Source: Paraspadella gotoi (lineage: Eukaryota > Animalia > Chaetognatha). From it: a DNA stretch of 64,000 nt. The notes beneath the pieces were generated by a model. It had not been told where the DNA came from. It ran no database searches and saw only the letters and a list, made by a program, of their open reading frames with translations. How positions within the stretch are numbered: position 1 is the first letter of the stretch; the number at the start of each line of letters is the position of its first letter. The stretch is from the NCBI GenBank assembly GCA_051294375.1, contig CM119267.1:8274258-8338257 (forward strand). The letters run 5' to 3'. Shown here in pieces: positions 44,394 to 57,176 of this stretch. Both the position numbers and the translations under genes were made by a program.

Positions 44394-47300
44394 AAGAGAG
44401 AGAGAGAGAAGAGAGAGAGGAGAGAGCGAGAGAGAGAGAGAGAGAGAGAGAAAGACGAGAGAGGAGAGGAGAAGAGAGAGAGGAGGAGAGAGATGAAGAG
44501 AGAGAGAAGAGAGGCGAGCAGGATGGGGAATATTTTGTTGAAAGTGGTGTCCTCAATATTTCCGGCCACTTCGGCAAAAATAAACAAGGTTTTTAAAATT
44601 AAAACAAGAGGTATTGGCCTGTCTGTTGTGGATGTGGTCGGTCAGCGCTGCTTCAAGTCATATTTATATCTGACACTAGGGTTATGTGATAGAATCAAAA
44701 CGTCAGGAGTACGACATGCCGTCGAGCGGGACGGCAAACAAAACACAAGTACACCGAAGGATAAATTTAGCAATACATAAGGATAAGGTTATTAATGAAA
44801 ATAATATTAAATACATTATATTATGGTACAATATTTCACTATAAGAGATATCGACTTTTATTGCGTCTGAACTCTAACCGAATTGACGTAAGTTCCACCC
44901 CCGGCAACAGAACGATATAGGAGACATGCATGAAGATCCTTGTTTGATTTGATATCTGAAGAGAAGCAAGCGGTAACTATAGCGCAAAGGAACGAGGGGA
45001 ATCTAATTAGTGTCAGGCCGTTTCTTTTGGTGACATCGAGCGCCGCGTGATGACGAAGGAATTACAGAGAAAGGAAAGAAAGAAAGAAAGAAAGAAAGAA
45101 AGAAGAAAAGAAAGAAGAAAAAAGAAAAGAAAGAAAAGTAAAGGAAAGAAAGAGAGAGAAACAAAGGTAAAGGAAAAAAGGGGAAGCTACACGGTTAAGA
45201 GATTCAGGAACGAATTTGAAGAGGGGTAATTGGAAGGGCCTTTTCTTTGGATACAAACGACATAAGAAAAACAACTTTTGACAGCAGAATTAGCAAGGCG
45301 GGCGCTCGGCGTCTCGTGTTTCTCTTCGAGTTCTAGAAGCCAAAAAGCCTGCAGACAAAAATAAGAAAAAAAAAAAACTCCGACGAATTTTTTTTTTTTT
45401 TTTTTTTTTTTTGTCTTGCGAATAATATACATTGTTGTCCAAACCTGCGGGAAGACACTGAGTATTAAGCGAGGAATGTTGTCGTTCTCCAGAGTGGAAA
45501 AAGCGCAGTTAGAACCGATTTATTATTGATAACTTGGTTAAAAATCTAAATCATATCCCTAATCCGGGCTCGAAGCGATCGAGGCGAAACCTCGTTCATC
45601 TCACCACCGCATCGGCTGTAGTGAAACACCCCACCAGTTAAGGGCGGGCATGCGGGTAAGTGTCTTATGACGAACTTGATGAGAGATTTTCAGCACAATT
45701 TTTGTTTAATGAATTCGTCTATTTAATCCTGTCTTCATTTTGTTTTTTTGAATATTGTTTTCAAAAGAAAAGAGATGGCAGTTGTAGGTGAGAATTTGTG
45801 TTCGTTTTAAGATGGATTTGTGGGAATTGTCAACAGCCAGAGGGTGTTTTTTTGCTTTTTTCTGTTTTTAGAGAAATAATTTTGGTGGGCTTTTCTCGTG
45901 GAATTAAATTCTGCGTAACGAATTAGTAGCTATAACTGAATTTATAAAACCAAATCTATGTTTTTTTTGATATTCAAACAAGCGAGAGTTCAGCGCCGCC
46001 GAACTGTGATTTAAGGTTATTTTAAATATACGCGCAAATTTTTTTTTTAAGCCGTCTTACACTCCGATAATTGGGCATGAAAAACCCGGAGTGGGGAAAA
46101 TAAATCTCTAAGGAGGTTGCGCTCACCCCCCTCCTTTCTCATCCGTGAGTCACGGTCGCAAGCTTGGCGTCTTTTTTGGTGATAAACATCACCTTGGACG
46201 CGAACGAGGGACGGGGTCGTTAGGGATGGGGAAGCTGAGGGTGAGGGTGTAGTTTGCGCATTTTTTGGTTAAAGGACGCTGCGATACTGTATGTTTTAAA
46301 ACGTGTAGCAAACAAAATAAACAGTAGGGAAAGCTAAAGGTTGAAAACCGCTTCCAAATGGTAAGCCCCTTTTTTTTGTTTAGAGAGTCTTTTGTTTAGT
46401 GAAATAAGTTATTTATTTTTTTAGTTTAAGCGCTGAGAAGGGCTTTGCGGAGGACAGTTTGAACTTAAATCAAGGTCCAAAACAATTGTATTTCTTAGTC
46501 TCTCTCCTCCTCTCTCTCAATCTCTCTCTGCTCTCTCATCCTCTCTCTCTCTCTCTCTCCATGCTGCGACAGTTGACAAACTACACGACGGCCATTCCCG
46601 GTTTTCTCCGAAGTGATCATCAACACGGGGGAAGGGAGAACTGCGATGAGGACGGAGGGGGATATGGGGGGGGGGAGTAGCAGGGGTAGGGGGAAAAGGG
46701 GAATAAGGGTGAGGGAATGGGAATGGAGAATGGGAAAGAAAGGGGAGAAGGAGAGAGGGGAGTTAAGAATCGGGACGCGGTCTGAAACGAGGGAGAAGGA
46801 TCGATGTGGGACGAAAAGAAATGCGCTGAGGCTTGGTTTACTGTATAAAAAGAAATTATGGCAATGTAGAATTGAAGAGAGGAATGGAGGTGAACGAGGG
46901 GAGTAAGAAATAAAAAAAGAGAACAGAAGTTAAAAAGTGCTGAGGCAATGCAGAGGCTGGGCCGTGGGTGCAAATCAATTCTTAGGAGAAAATAAAAAAA
47001 ATAAAAAATAATTTGATCTCAAATCACAAACTACGTTTTTTAAAGTTTTATTTGTTTTTTTTAATCATTAAGATGGCCACACGATTAATATTCACAAAAA
47101 AGGGCACTATTAGATGAAGCATTACATTTGAATGTCGCAGACTGTTTTGAAATTTTGAAGTTGAAAATAAGATTAACTTAACAGGTTTATCTTTCACTTG
47201 CAAGTAAAATATGATATAAAACAAATGAACGACTTCAACCAAGTTGGCTAACCGCGAATCGACAACTTTAGCCACAAATTACCACAAAATCAACAAGGCG

Positions 47301-47789
47301 ATTAAAGCATAGTCTCAAGACCGACAGATTCGCGTCGCTCTTTTTGAAGGATTTTTCATCAAACGGAATCATTAAAGCCTATGGTTTGGATTTCGGATGT
47401 CGTCTCCCGACGCCGTCCTCATTTAGGGAGAACAAAAAATTCGGCGTTGGATTGGGTGAGCGTTTTTCGGCCCGGAATCAAGAGGGTGCAGACAAGCAAT
47501 GAAGAACCAACGCCGTGTCTCGTGCGGGTATTTTTTTTTTATCAATAGATCTTATTTTCACTTTGTCTCTAAGGCCGGCGCTTTACTTTTCGTGGTCTTT
47601 ATTTGAAAAAAGAAGCTGGTTAAAAGGGGAAAAATTTTCACACGAGACAAACTAATTCACGCAAATTGCTAACCCTTTGTGAGGAGAGAAAGAGATCTCA
47701 TTATTAGATGATTTTAGGATGGAATGAAGCGAGCTCATTGAAGATTGATCGGAGATAACTCAGAGTGCTGTTTTGTGGAGAGAGAAAAA

Positions 47790-47866
<77 letters not shown>

Positions 47867-48096
47867 GGAGAGAGAGAGAAAGATGAGAGAGATTTTTAAC
47901 TCCCTTGTCCGCTCCCATTTTAATTCTCTAAACGCAAACGTGATGGTTATTCCACAAAGGTCACAGTGACCGGCTTCTCGACCGTGTCGAGGGGGCGAAA
48001 CGTGAGGCGCGACTTCAAATTGACTCCTTTTGTGTCTCCGCCGTCGCCTTCGGGGCGGGACTATTTTGAAGGCGGGGAGAGGGAGAGAGAGAGAGA

Positions 48097-48130
<34 letters not shown>

Positions 48131-48450
48131 CGAGAGAGAGAGAGAGAGAGAGAGAAGAGAGAGGAGAGAGAGGGAAGAGAACGCGTAAACAAAAAACGCA
48201 AAAGACAGAAAACAAAGAATACAAATGAGTAAACCAAAATCAAAAAGAATATGTAGAACAAAAGAAAAAGTTTTTTCTTCAAGTTTTTTATAAGTGGAAT
48301 AAAAAGTTGGGAAGTTTTGGGAAGTCAGCGTGTGCGGCTATCACCCCTCATCAGAAAACCGGCCTGATGCTGGAGAGGGAGGGGCGAAGAGAGAGAGAGA
48401 GAGAGAGAAGAGCGAGACGAGAAGAGAGAGAGAGAGAGAGAGAGAGAGGA

Positions 48451-48491
<41 letters not shown>

Positions 48492-49758
48492 AGAGAGCTC
48501 TGAGTATCGCCCGTCATAGCCCACTTTAAGCCATAGAGAATATAAAAATGATAAAAGATAGAAGAGAGAGAGCTGGCATAATGTAAAAAAAGAGTCGTTA
48601 CGGGGGGGGATTAATACGACGTGGAAAAACGAAACTCCAACGTTACCCTGATGGTTATAAGAACCAGTGAACATAAAAATCTTTCACGGTGCTTAAGAAA
48701 AAAAAACATTGAGAAGCCTTGAAAGAAGGAAACATCACAAATCTTCGCAGCCACAGCATATAACCGGTTTCCCTCGAAGAATAATTTGTGATTTATTTAA
48801 ACGACACAGAATAAATTTTAACGGGGAAGAGAGTGGTGAAGGAAAAAAAAGGAAGAAAAAAGGGAGAAGGGGGAAGAAGAGAGAGAGAGAGAGAGAGATA
48901 GAGAGAAGTGAAAACAGCAGACACACACACATCATAACACGACAGAGAGATACGTAGAGAGATAGAGGAAGAGAGAGAGAAGAGAGGAGAGAGAAAGAGA
49001 GAGTACCATGGCAGTCATCACTTCTCTCATCCAGGTTCGTCCTATGTAATGAACGAGTCAGGATGGAATAGATTAGAAGTCGAGAAGGGTAGAGTATAAT
49101 GAGAAATATAGGAAGAGAGGAGAGAAAAACACAGAGTAAAGAAAAAATGAAAGGGAGAAAGAGAGAGAGAGAGAGAGACATTTTCTGACTAGCATTTTCT
49201 AAAAAGCGACTCGGAGCTTTGGCTATTAAATCTTCTTCTCATCATGCGAGAAAATATGAATACAAATAAAAAAAGCGGCGAATAATAAACGCCAAGCCTT
49301 CTTAAAAAAAAAAGCAAAGAAAAGGAAAAATTAATCAACGTTGGGGAGAAGGAGAAAAAAAAATTTCGGAAAAAAAGAAAAAAGAAAATAATTGAATGAA
49401 ATAGGAAAAAGTTGTTTTAGAAATCGCGGAAGCGCGAAAGTTTCTTTCTCTCACCTAATTTGCTTTATCACACTTTAATTTAACATACGTATTTTTTTCT
49501 TCATTTAAATTTCCCTTTACTCTATTACAATTAGGCTCCTCTGAGGTCAGCGTTACAAAGTCCTCGACCGCACTAACGTTTGTTCGGAGTTAGGATGGAC
49601 TCTGTGTAGACACGCCTCAGGTGGTCAACTTCTCGAGTCTACGTCTTAAAATCTCCAATTTTGTTCCTTTTTTTTACCCCCAGATTTTTTCTTTCGCTAT
49701 TCCAAAAAAGGGGTTTTGGGTAGAGGGAGAGGGAAGAGAAGAGAGAGAGAGAGAGAGA

Positions 49759-49801
<43 letters not shown>

Positions 49802-49987
49802 AGCTAAGAATTTTCATTCACATTACAAAAAACACGGAAAAAAGGAAGACGGAAAAAAATGTTGAAAAAAAAGTAGATGAAAGAGAAATTCCAGTCGAGT
49901 CACGTTCGTAAAATTCATCGGATTCTACGCTGACGAGATTTTGAGTATATAAGTTTTGCAGAGACGCTTAATCAGGGGAACGATAAT

Positions 49988-50022
<35 letters not shown>

Positions 50023-51610
50023 GAGAGAGAGAGAGAGAAGGAGAGAGAGAGAGGGAGAGAGAGAGGTAATAAAAAAGTGGGGGGGTATGACGAAAGAAAG
50101 AAGAAAAAAGAAGAAAGAAAGCAAGAAGAAAGAAAAGAGAAGAAAGAAAGAAAGAAGCAAAGCAAAGAAAGAAAAAAACAATAATCGAAAGAAAACAAGA
50201 AATAGAAGTAAAATAAGGAACAAAGACGACACCAAGGATTCGATCTGATGGCTGCCTTAATTTTCTTGACGTCGTGCGGCTTCATAAATTGGATAGATTT
50301 ATGTTTTGTTTTTTAAAAAATTAAAAAGGAAAAATGAAGAAAGAAAAATTTTTTAAAGTAAGAAGTGATAACGAAATAAAAAAGCGAAAGATTACGCAAG
50401 TAAAAGATGCCAACGTGCAGAATCACTAGTTAATATTTTTATTTATTATTTGTATTTAGTAATTATTAATATTTAAATAGTTTTATATTCGCATTTAGTT
50501 TCTCACCTTTCGAGAGCGCCGATGACGCTTTGAATGGCGGTTTGATGTAATCACGTTGACGGCGAATTCCCTCTCATCAGGAGGGATTCGACGCCGGATG
50601 CGTAACTGAGGGTGGGGTGTGGACAAGGGGGAGGGGTGGAAGGGTGGTGTTGGGATTGGAAGGAGGTGTGGGATGGAGAAGAGGAAGATGGGAGGAAGGA
50701 GAAGGCGAAAAAATGGGATGGAGAGATTAATGGGGGTTTATTTTTTTTCAAGATTTGATCGATCGATTGGTTGATTGAGTGATGAATGAGTCTTTCATCG
50801 TATGTTCAATTCTTCAAGTTAGTCCAGAAGAGTTATTATTATTTTTTTTTTTTTGTGGTAAATTTATGTCGGTAAATACCCAAAACTACCGATATAATTT
50901 TTTTATTCAGTCTCAAGATAAATTTTTGTTGTAACTTTGTCTCGATTTTGTTTGGCAGTAAAGGGATTCGTTGGGCCGCGGGTGGGTGGGTGAAGATTTC
51001 CAGGCCCCAAAGTCAAACTGAATACAAAATTAATCGCAGACTTGGAATTTTTTACAATTTCAATCAATGTGATCAATATTTCATGTCTTCATTATACGTT
51101 TTTAACGACTCACTGAATATTTTATCGCTATCATAGTCAGCAAAATATATGAAAAATTTCGATTGTTTCATACAGTAAACGGTTTAACTGGCATATGAAT
51201 TAAAATATTTGTTCAAGTGAAAGTTTTATTTCATCTATCTCAAGACCCTTCGAAGTTTGGACAGACTGTTTTCCTTCCAAATTTACGTGACGTGAGAAAT
51301 TGCACTTTCGGTTAATAAATTGGGAAATCCATTTATGAGGAAACTTGATTTGTAAGGAAATCAGCTAAAGCATCTCGTTCCAGTTTTTTATTCTCCTCTC
51401 CTTTCGCGGCCTGTAGGGATTTCATTAAGCTGAAGAAGCTCAAGTGTATGGAAATTTACGTTTCTTCAAAAAAAATACCAAACTTTTGTCGGTTTTTCTT
51501 TGAAATAAACGAGAAAAAAAAGTCAGCTGGAGCGTTTCTGACGTCATGACTCACTCTCAGGGAAAAAACCGGAGCCCTTAAAAAAAATTTTTTTTTAGAA
51601 GGGAAAGAGA
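40591..51610 (+). repeat. Indel-rich re-copy of about 24000-33496 plus the same 1-kb extension; six formin FH2 exons duplicated, disrupted by indels
   Basis: Matches 24040 onward (acatcgattaaaggcaat). Degraded exon copies at about 41250-41528, 42515-42685, 43000-43071, 43253-43370, 44878-44955 and 50507-50605. Confidence 0.9.
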
Positions 51611-52729
51611 GAGAGAGAGACGAGAGAGAGGAGTAGAGAGAGAGAGAGAGAGAAGAGAGAGAGAGGAGGAGAGAGAGAGAGAGAGAGACTGAGAGAGAGA
51701 GAGAGAGGCAAATGATAAATATTTTAATCGAAATTGCCTTCCGATTTTGACACCTATTAATGGTATATTGGGTTGACACTTAATGGTAGTAAAAAATATA
51801 TGCGCCGGCGGCCCACCGNNNNNNNNNNNNNNNNNNNNNNNNNTTTTTTAAAATCTTTACTATTATTCTTTATTTATTTATTAATTTATTTTTTTTTATT
51901 TTAGTAATTAGTCGGGGAAACATCCAAGCTTTGATGGGAGGGCCATTGGGAGGCCATTGTCGGCGGATTAGGGCAAAGGCGATCGAATCTCCGGGACGCC
52001 ACCGTCGCCGTTGAAGATGAAGGAAGCTCGTTAAAAAGATTGAANNNNNNNNNNTCGTCTTTTTGACGCCGAGCGCGATCAGATATCAAAGGCGGCGGGC
52101 GAGAAAATCTGGTCCTACTTTGATGGGACGCGACCGGGCGACGCCACCCGTAACCCGTAACCCGTCGAGCCGACCTTCTTACGCTTCCGCCCGATAAACG
52201 CCACCGCAGCGACCGCCTGGTGGTGAGTTTGGGGGAAAGGTCATCGCCCATCTTCCCTTCATCGAATCCAGAGGACCGGCGATGTCTTCAAGATGAAGGT
52301 CTCGTTCTCGATGACTTGAACCTTGACTTCGGCGTCAAACAACAGTCGTATATACAATATAAACGTACATACAATTGAAAGAATGCTAAAAAAATTGAAC
52401 GCTTTAAAAAATAAAAGAAGATAAAAAGACCAGACAAAAATATCAGTTATACCATTTGAACGAGACGAGAATATAAAACTGATATATATACGAGTTGATG
52501 TAATTAGTAGCGATAAGATTAAGCAGCTAAGTTGTACCTCTTTAAAGTGAAAAAAGGATAATTTTCATATTGTCAGTATCATTTTCGCAAAAGTTTAGAG
52601 AAGAATTATTCATAGGATGACAAAATCTAATTCACCTTAAAATTGCGCGGAAAAGAAAGAAAAAAAAGAAAGAAAAAAAAGAAAGAAAAGGAAGAAGAAT
52701 GAGATTTTAATTCGCGGGAAATAATCATC

Positions 52730-52854
52730 TCCGCGGTCTGCGCCACGGGGCGCTGCCGATGGCGTTCCGATTGACGCAGCGTTTGGCGCAGCGGGTGGCT
52801 TAGTAGGTGGCGCGATTGGTCGAAATAGGCGGTGACCGAGACTATTTTACGCCG

Positions 52855-52911
<57 letters not shown>

Positions 52912-52965
52912 AGAGGAGAGAGAGAGAGAGAGGAGAGGAGAGATAGAGAGAGAGGAGAGAGGAGA
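52730..52965 (+). promoter_or_regulatory. GC-rich island with a CTCF-like motif next to a (GA)n tract
   Basis: agtaggtggcgc at 52802-52813 resembles the CTCF core CCASYAGRKGGCRS. An attgg (reverse CCAAT) follows, then about 100 bp of GA repeats. Confidence 0.3.
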
Positions 52966-53713
52966 TGAGGGCCAAGGCGGCCCTCTCTTTTGAGGTATAA
53001 TTTACCGTATTTATGTATAGCCACCGAAGTAAACATGATAAGAGGACCCTGTGTTTTTGGAATGTTTGGAGTTAAAAGCTGGACAAAAAAAACTAATAAA
53101 AGGGATGCAACTAATTTGGAGAAACATGAATTCGATTAAAAGAGCTTATCGAAAAAATAATGAATATTTGAAAATGAATAATTAAATCAGGTCGAATCGG
53201 AATACTTTTGGTCTGAAGGCAAAATTGTTTTATAGTTCTTGTATTGTAACATAATAAGTGGCTAAACCCAATCTCAGAACGCTAATGTTTAAATCGTGAA
53301 ACATGACGCAAAGTCAAAGGATGGTTTAGAAGTCAGGGAAACTCGGTGTCTTCATCACATGCCAACGTTCAAAGGACGAATTAAGACGATGTCAAACAAA
53401 CATTGATTTCTCACTGGCGATGTCCAGGATCCAATCCTGGGGTCGATGATCTGGCAAGGAGCGTTAATGATCCAGTCCGACTCGCGGGTAGTGGACGCAA
53501 ATCTTTTATGAATCGAATTTGAGCAAGGAGAGTTATTAAAGTTAAGGATCTTGGGATCATAGTACTATTTTTGTCAAAACTCTAATACTTCAAAAGCTTG
53601 CAATATTCATAAATTTATTAAATTCGTTTAATTCTCGCACTTACGTTGATAAAGTTCTTACTTTTAAATCGTTTTTGGTTCATGTAGTATGACAAATTGC
53701 TCGGTTTAATGCG

Positions 53714-56700
53714 CACGGTTCCTATTTTACATCGATTTACTCGGCATGGAGCGCACAAGATGAGATTCCCGGATACGTCTTCCGGACCTTTGGGCACACA
53801 AAAAAAGGGTAATCAAATTTTCTCATCGACGTTTTTTATAAATTAATATTGAAAATTAGCTATACTAAAATTAATAAATTACGAATAAAAAAAAAATTTC
53901 AAAAATGGTTTAAATTTTTAAAATAAAAAATATCATGCTCATCCATAATCTATGAACAATTTTACTTTCGTTTGATCCAGTACATTATCTTCTTATAGTT
54001 TTATTTGTAATTAATTTTCTTATTAAAATATTATTTAAATTTTTTTTCAAATAAATTAAATTAAAAAATTATAACTATGCGAAGAGAATGATTGAAGAAA
54101 ATATTTTATATATAAGGGACTTACCTACCTAATATAGGCCTTGCAAATCATATATAGTAGGTTTATTATGAATGATGTTTTGACATAGAAAATAATATTA
54201 AATTCAATGTATGAAAAAATTTTAAACTTTGAATTTTTTTTTTAGCATAAATAAACATAATTATTAATTATTTTGCATCGATGCTTTTAATAGCGCTACT
54301 GGGTTCAGTTGTATTACTTCTCAATTTAATAATTTATAACTTTTTTTATTTTTAGTAATACTGACCTATATTTACTTACTTTTTGACAAAATCCAAAAAT
54401 ACTGTATTCAAAAATATGTATAAACAGACGACAACTTTTTTTAAATCACATGCTATTTAATTGTTTGAGACTGATATAATATATACTAGACAAAATTTAA
54501 AAATTTTAAACAAATCCCAACTAGACATTTTTTAAGGCCAAAAGTTAGGTCATTAAAAAAAACTGCATGCAAAAAAGTAATAAAAAAGTTATTTTCTGAA
54601 TATCTTTGAAGAAAAAAGAGGTAGCAAGGGTGGGTGTGGATCAAATTTAAAGCCGCTAATCAGGGACTATTTCTAGAAATTTTGTTAAAGTTTTATCGCT
54701 AATCTTTACACAGTTTTTATTTAAATACGTCTGAATTTAACATTTAATTACCATTAAATTTTCTCTACTTTATAAATTTGGCTTGTATTTTCAGTTAACG
54801 TAAAAAACAAGCAAAAAATTTGTAGTAGCTTGATAAAAGTATTTTTTTAAAATATACAAATGAAAATAATAATAATGTTTCAGCTTGCAAAAAACAGTCT
54901 GGACGTCTAGCGCTTCTTGTCTGTGAAAAAAAATAATCATTTTCATTATTTTAACTGCAGAAGAAAAGCTTGATATACCTGCTTGTTTATCAACCCAATA
55001 AAATTATAAAAATTACTTAACTGCTTGACGATAATTTGACAAAGCATGACATCATTGTGTTGAATGTATTGGATAATTTTCATTTTAAAGATAACCTTAA
55101 AGGGAATTTAATTCATTATTTCGTCATCCATTTTAATTAAGAAAAAAAATTCGGCCGAAAAGGTTCATTGACTGACTAAATGATTGCTTTTAAGGTTTCT
55201 TACTGGCCCCATACGCAGACTAAGGTCTATTATCATGTCACTTATTAACAGATTTTTCTACTCCTTACTGCCACCTTGAATCTATTGAATTTTCTTTTTT
55301 CCTTTCAAATGTTTAAATTAAAAATTATGGAGGAACGATCAGCGCATGGAGGAAGTGGATAACCGTGGGTGTAAGCCTTAGTTCCCCACTTCCCGATCCA
55401 ATTTTTAAACAAGGTTTTTTTCATCTATCTAAGACATCAAGTCTAACATTGGTACTATTTACTATCTAGAAAAGTTAAAAAACATTTTTAATTGAGGATT
55501 TACTGATAAACTTACTCGAATTTTTTAAAAAATCAGGCCTGCTTTCAGCTTCTATCGCTAGATTTCCTTTCAGTTGCTTCCTTCCATTTTTTCGTAGATT
55601 CCCACCCGTATAGAAGGTTAGAGGCAAAATAGATTGCTACCGATCCTCAAGGAAAAATGGCGGAAAAAATCGCCTTTAGTTTTCCACACAATTCTTTGGT
55701 AATTGATTATTTGTTTCTATTTCAAATTGAGTTGTTATTTTCTTCAATTTTTTTAAAATTCTGGTTACGCGATAGACAGCCCTCTCTTTGGTTTCATAAG
55801 TGCATTGTTAGCTCTGAGAAAAGAAGGGAAAGACGCAGACAAATTCACAGCAATAGACTGAATCCCTCGTTCCATCCATTGGCAAATTTTTTACGCGATA
55901 CAACAAAATCAAAACATTGTGTGTGTGTCAGTTTACGAGAGCACATGCCCAGACAATGGCAGACAGTGGTCGATGCTGGGGAGGGCCATACGCAAATATT
56001 AGAATGGTTTTACCTATGTTTTGTATATTTTTTTATGAATAAATGAACTTTAAAAAAAAATGTTTCTAACTTTTTCCTAGATAGGTATTTTTAATTTTTA
56101 GCATTCTCTTTTCGGCGTAATCAAAGAAAACGTTTGAGTGTCAAAAAAATTATAGAAAACAAAAGTAAAACGTTTTCAAAAAATTTAAAATCTATAGAGG
56201 AAATCTACTATATTAACAAATATATGATGTTTAATATTGTTAGACTTTGATGCTCTCCAAATAAAATACGTTAATATACTGCTTTTCTGTCATATTAAAA
56301 GAGGCTATGAATAAGTTAAAACTACAAACGCAGTCCAAATATCAAATATTTATACATTTTGGAGCACCTTTAAAAAATGTTTAGTTGGGATTGTTTAAAA
56401 ATTTTTAAATTTTGTCACGGATAAGTATTATATCATTCACAATTAAATAGCATGTGATTTAAAAAAAATTTTCGTTGTTTCATACATAATTTTAATAGCC
56501 AGTAATTTTTGGATTTGTCAAAAGTAAGTAATATACGCAGTCAGTTATACTAAAAATAAAAAAGTTATAAAATTATTATAATTGAGAATGATACACTGAC
56601 CAAGTAGTTATAAAAGCATCATGAACATTAATTAATAATTATGTTTATTATGCCTAAAAAAAATTTAAAGTTAAAATTTTCATATCATTTAATTTATAAA

Positions 56701-57176
56701 TTATTTATTTTCTAATGTCAAAACATGATTATAATGAACTACTAATATCGTATTTGAAGGCCTATATTAAGGTAGGTTAAGTCCGTTATACAATATAAAT
56801 TTTCTTCAATCATTGGCATAGTTCATAATTTTTAATTTAAATTTTTGAAAAAAAATTAAATAATTCTTAATAAAGAAAAATTAATTAGCAAAGTAAATAT
56901 AAAGATGAATAATGGTTATGGACTCAACGAAGAAAATGTTCATAGATTTAATGGACTGAATGCTTGATATTTCATTTTTAAAAATATTATAAACCATTTT
57001 TTAATTTATTTTATTCTATCTTTTAATTGAGATTTTAATAGCTCTTTAATATTATTTAAAAACTGTCATTAGACAAATTTGATTACCTTTTTGTGTAGCC
57101 CAATCGGTCGAAACCGTATCCCGGGACATCTAATTTTCGTGCACTCCTCCGAGTAATCGATGAAAAAGGAACCGTG
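53714..57176. mobile_element. Foldback-type non-autonomous DNA transposon (about 3.46 kb) with inverted arms of about 820 bp and CACGG...CCGTG termini (Chapaev/Transib-like ends)
   Basis: Left cacggttcctattttacatcgatttactcgg; the right end on the minus strand is cacggttcctttttcatcgattactcgg. Arms stay complementary to about 54540 and 56365. The empty site gtttaagtgcttttatag is at about 60521-60538. Confidence 0.85.
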
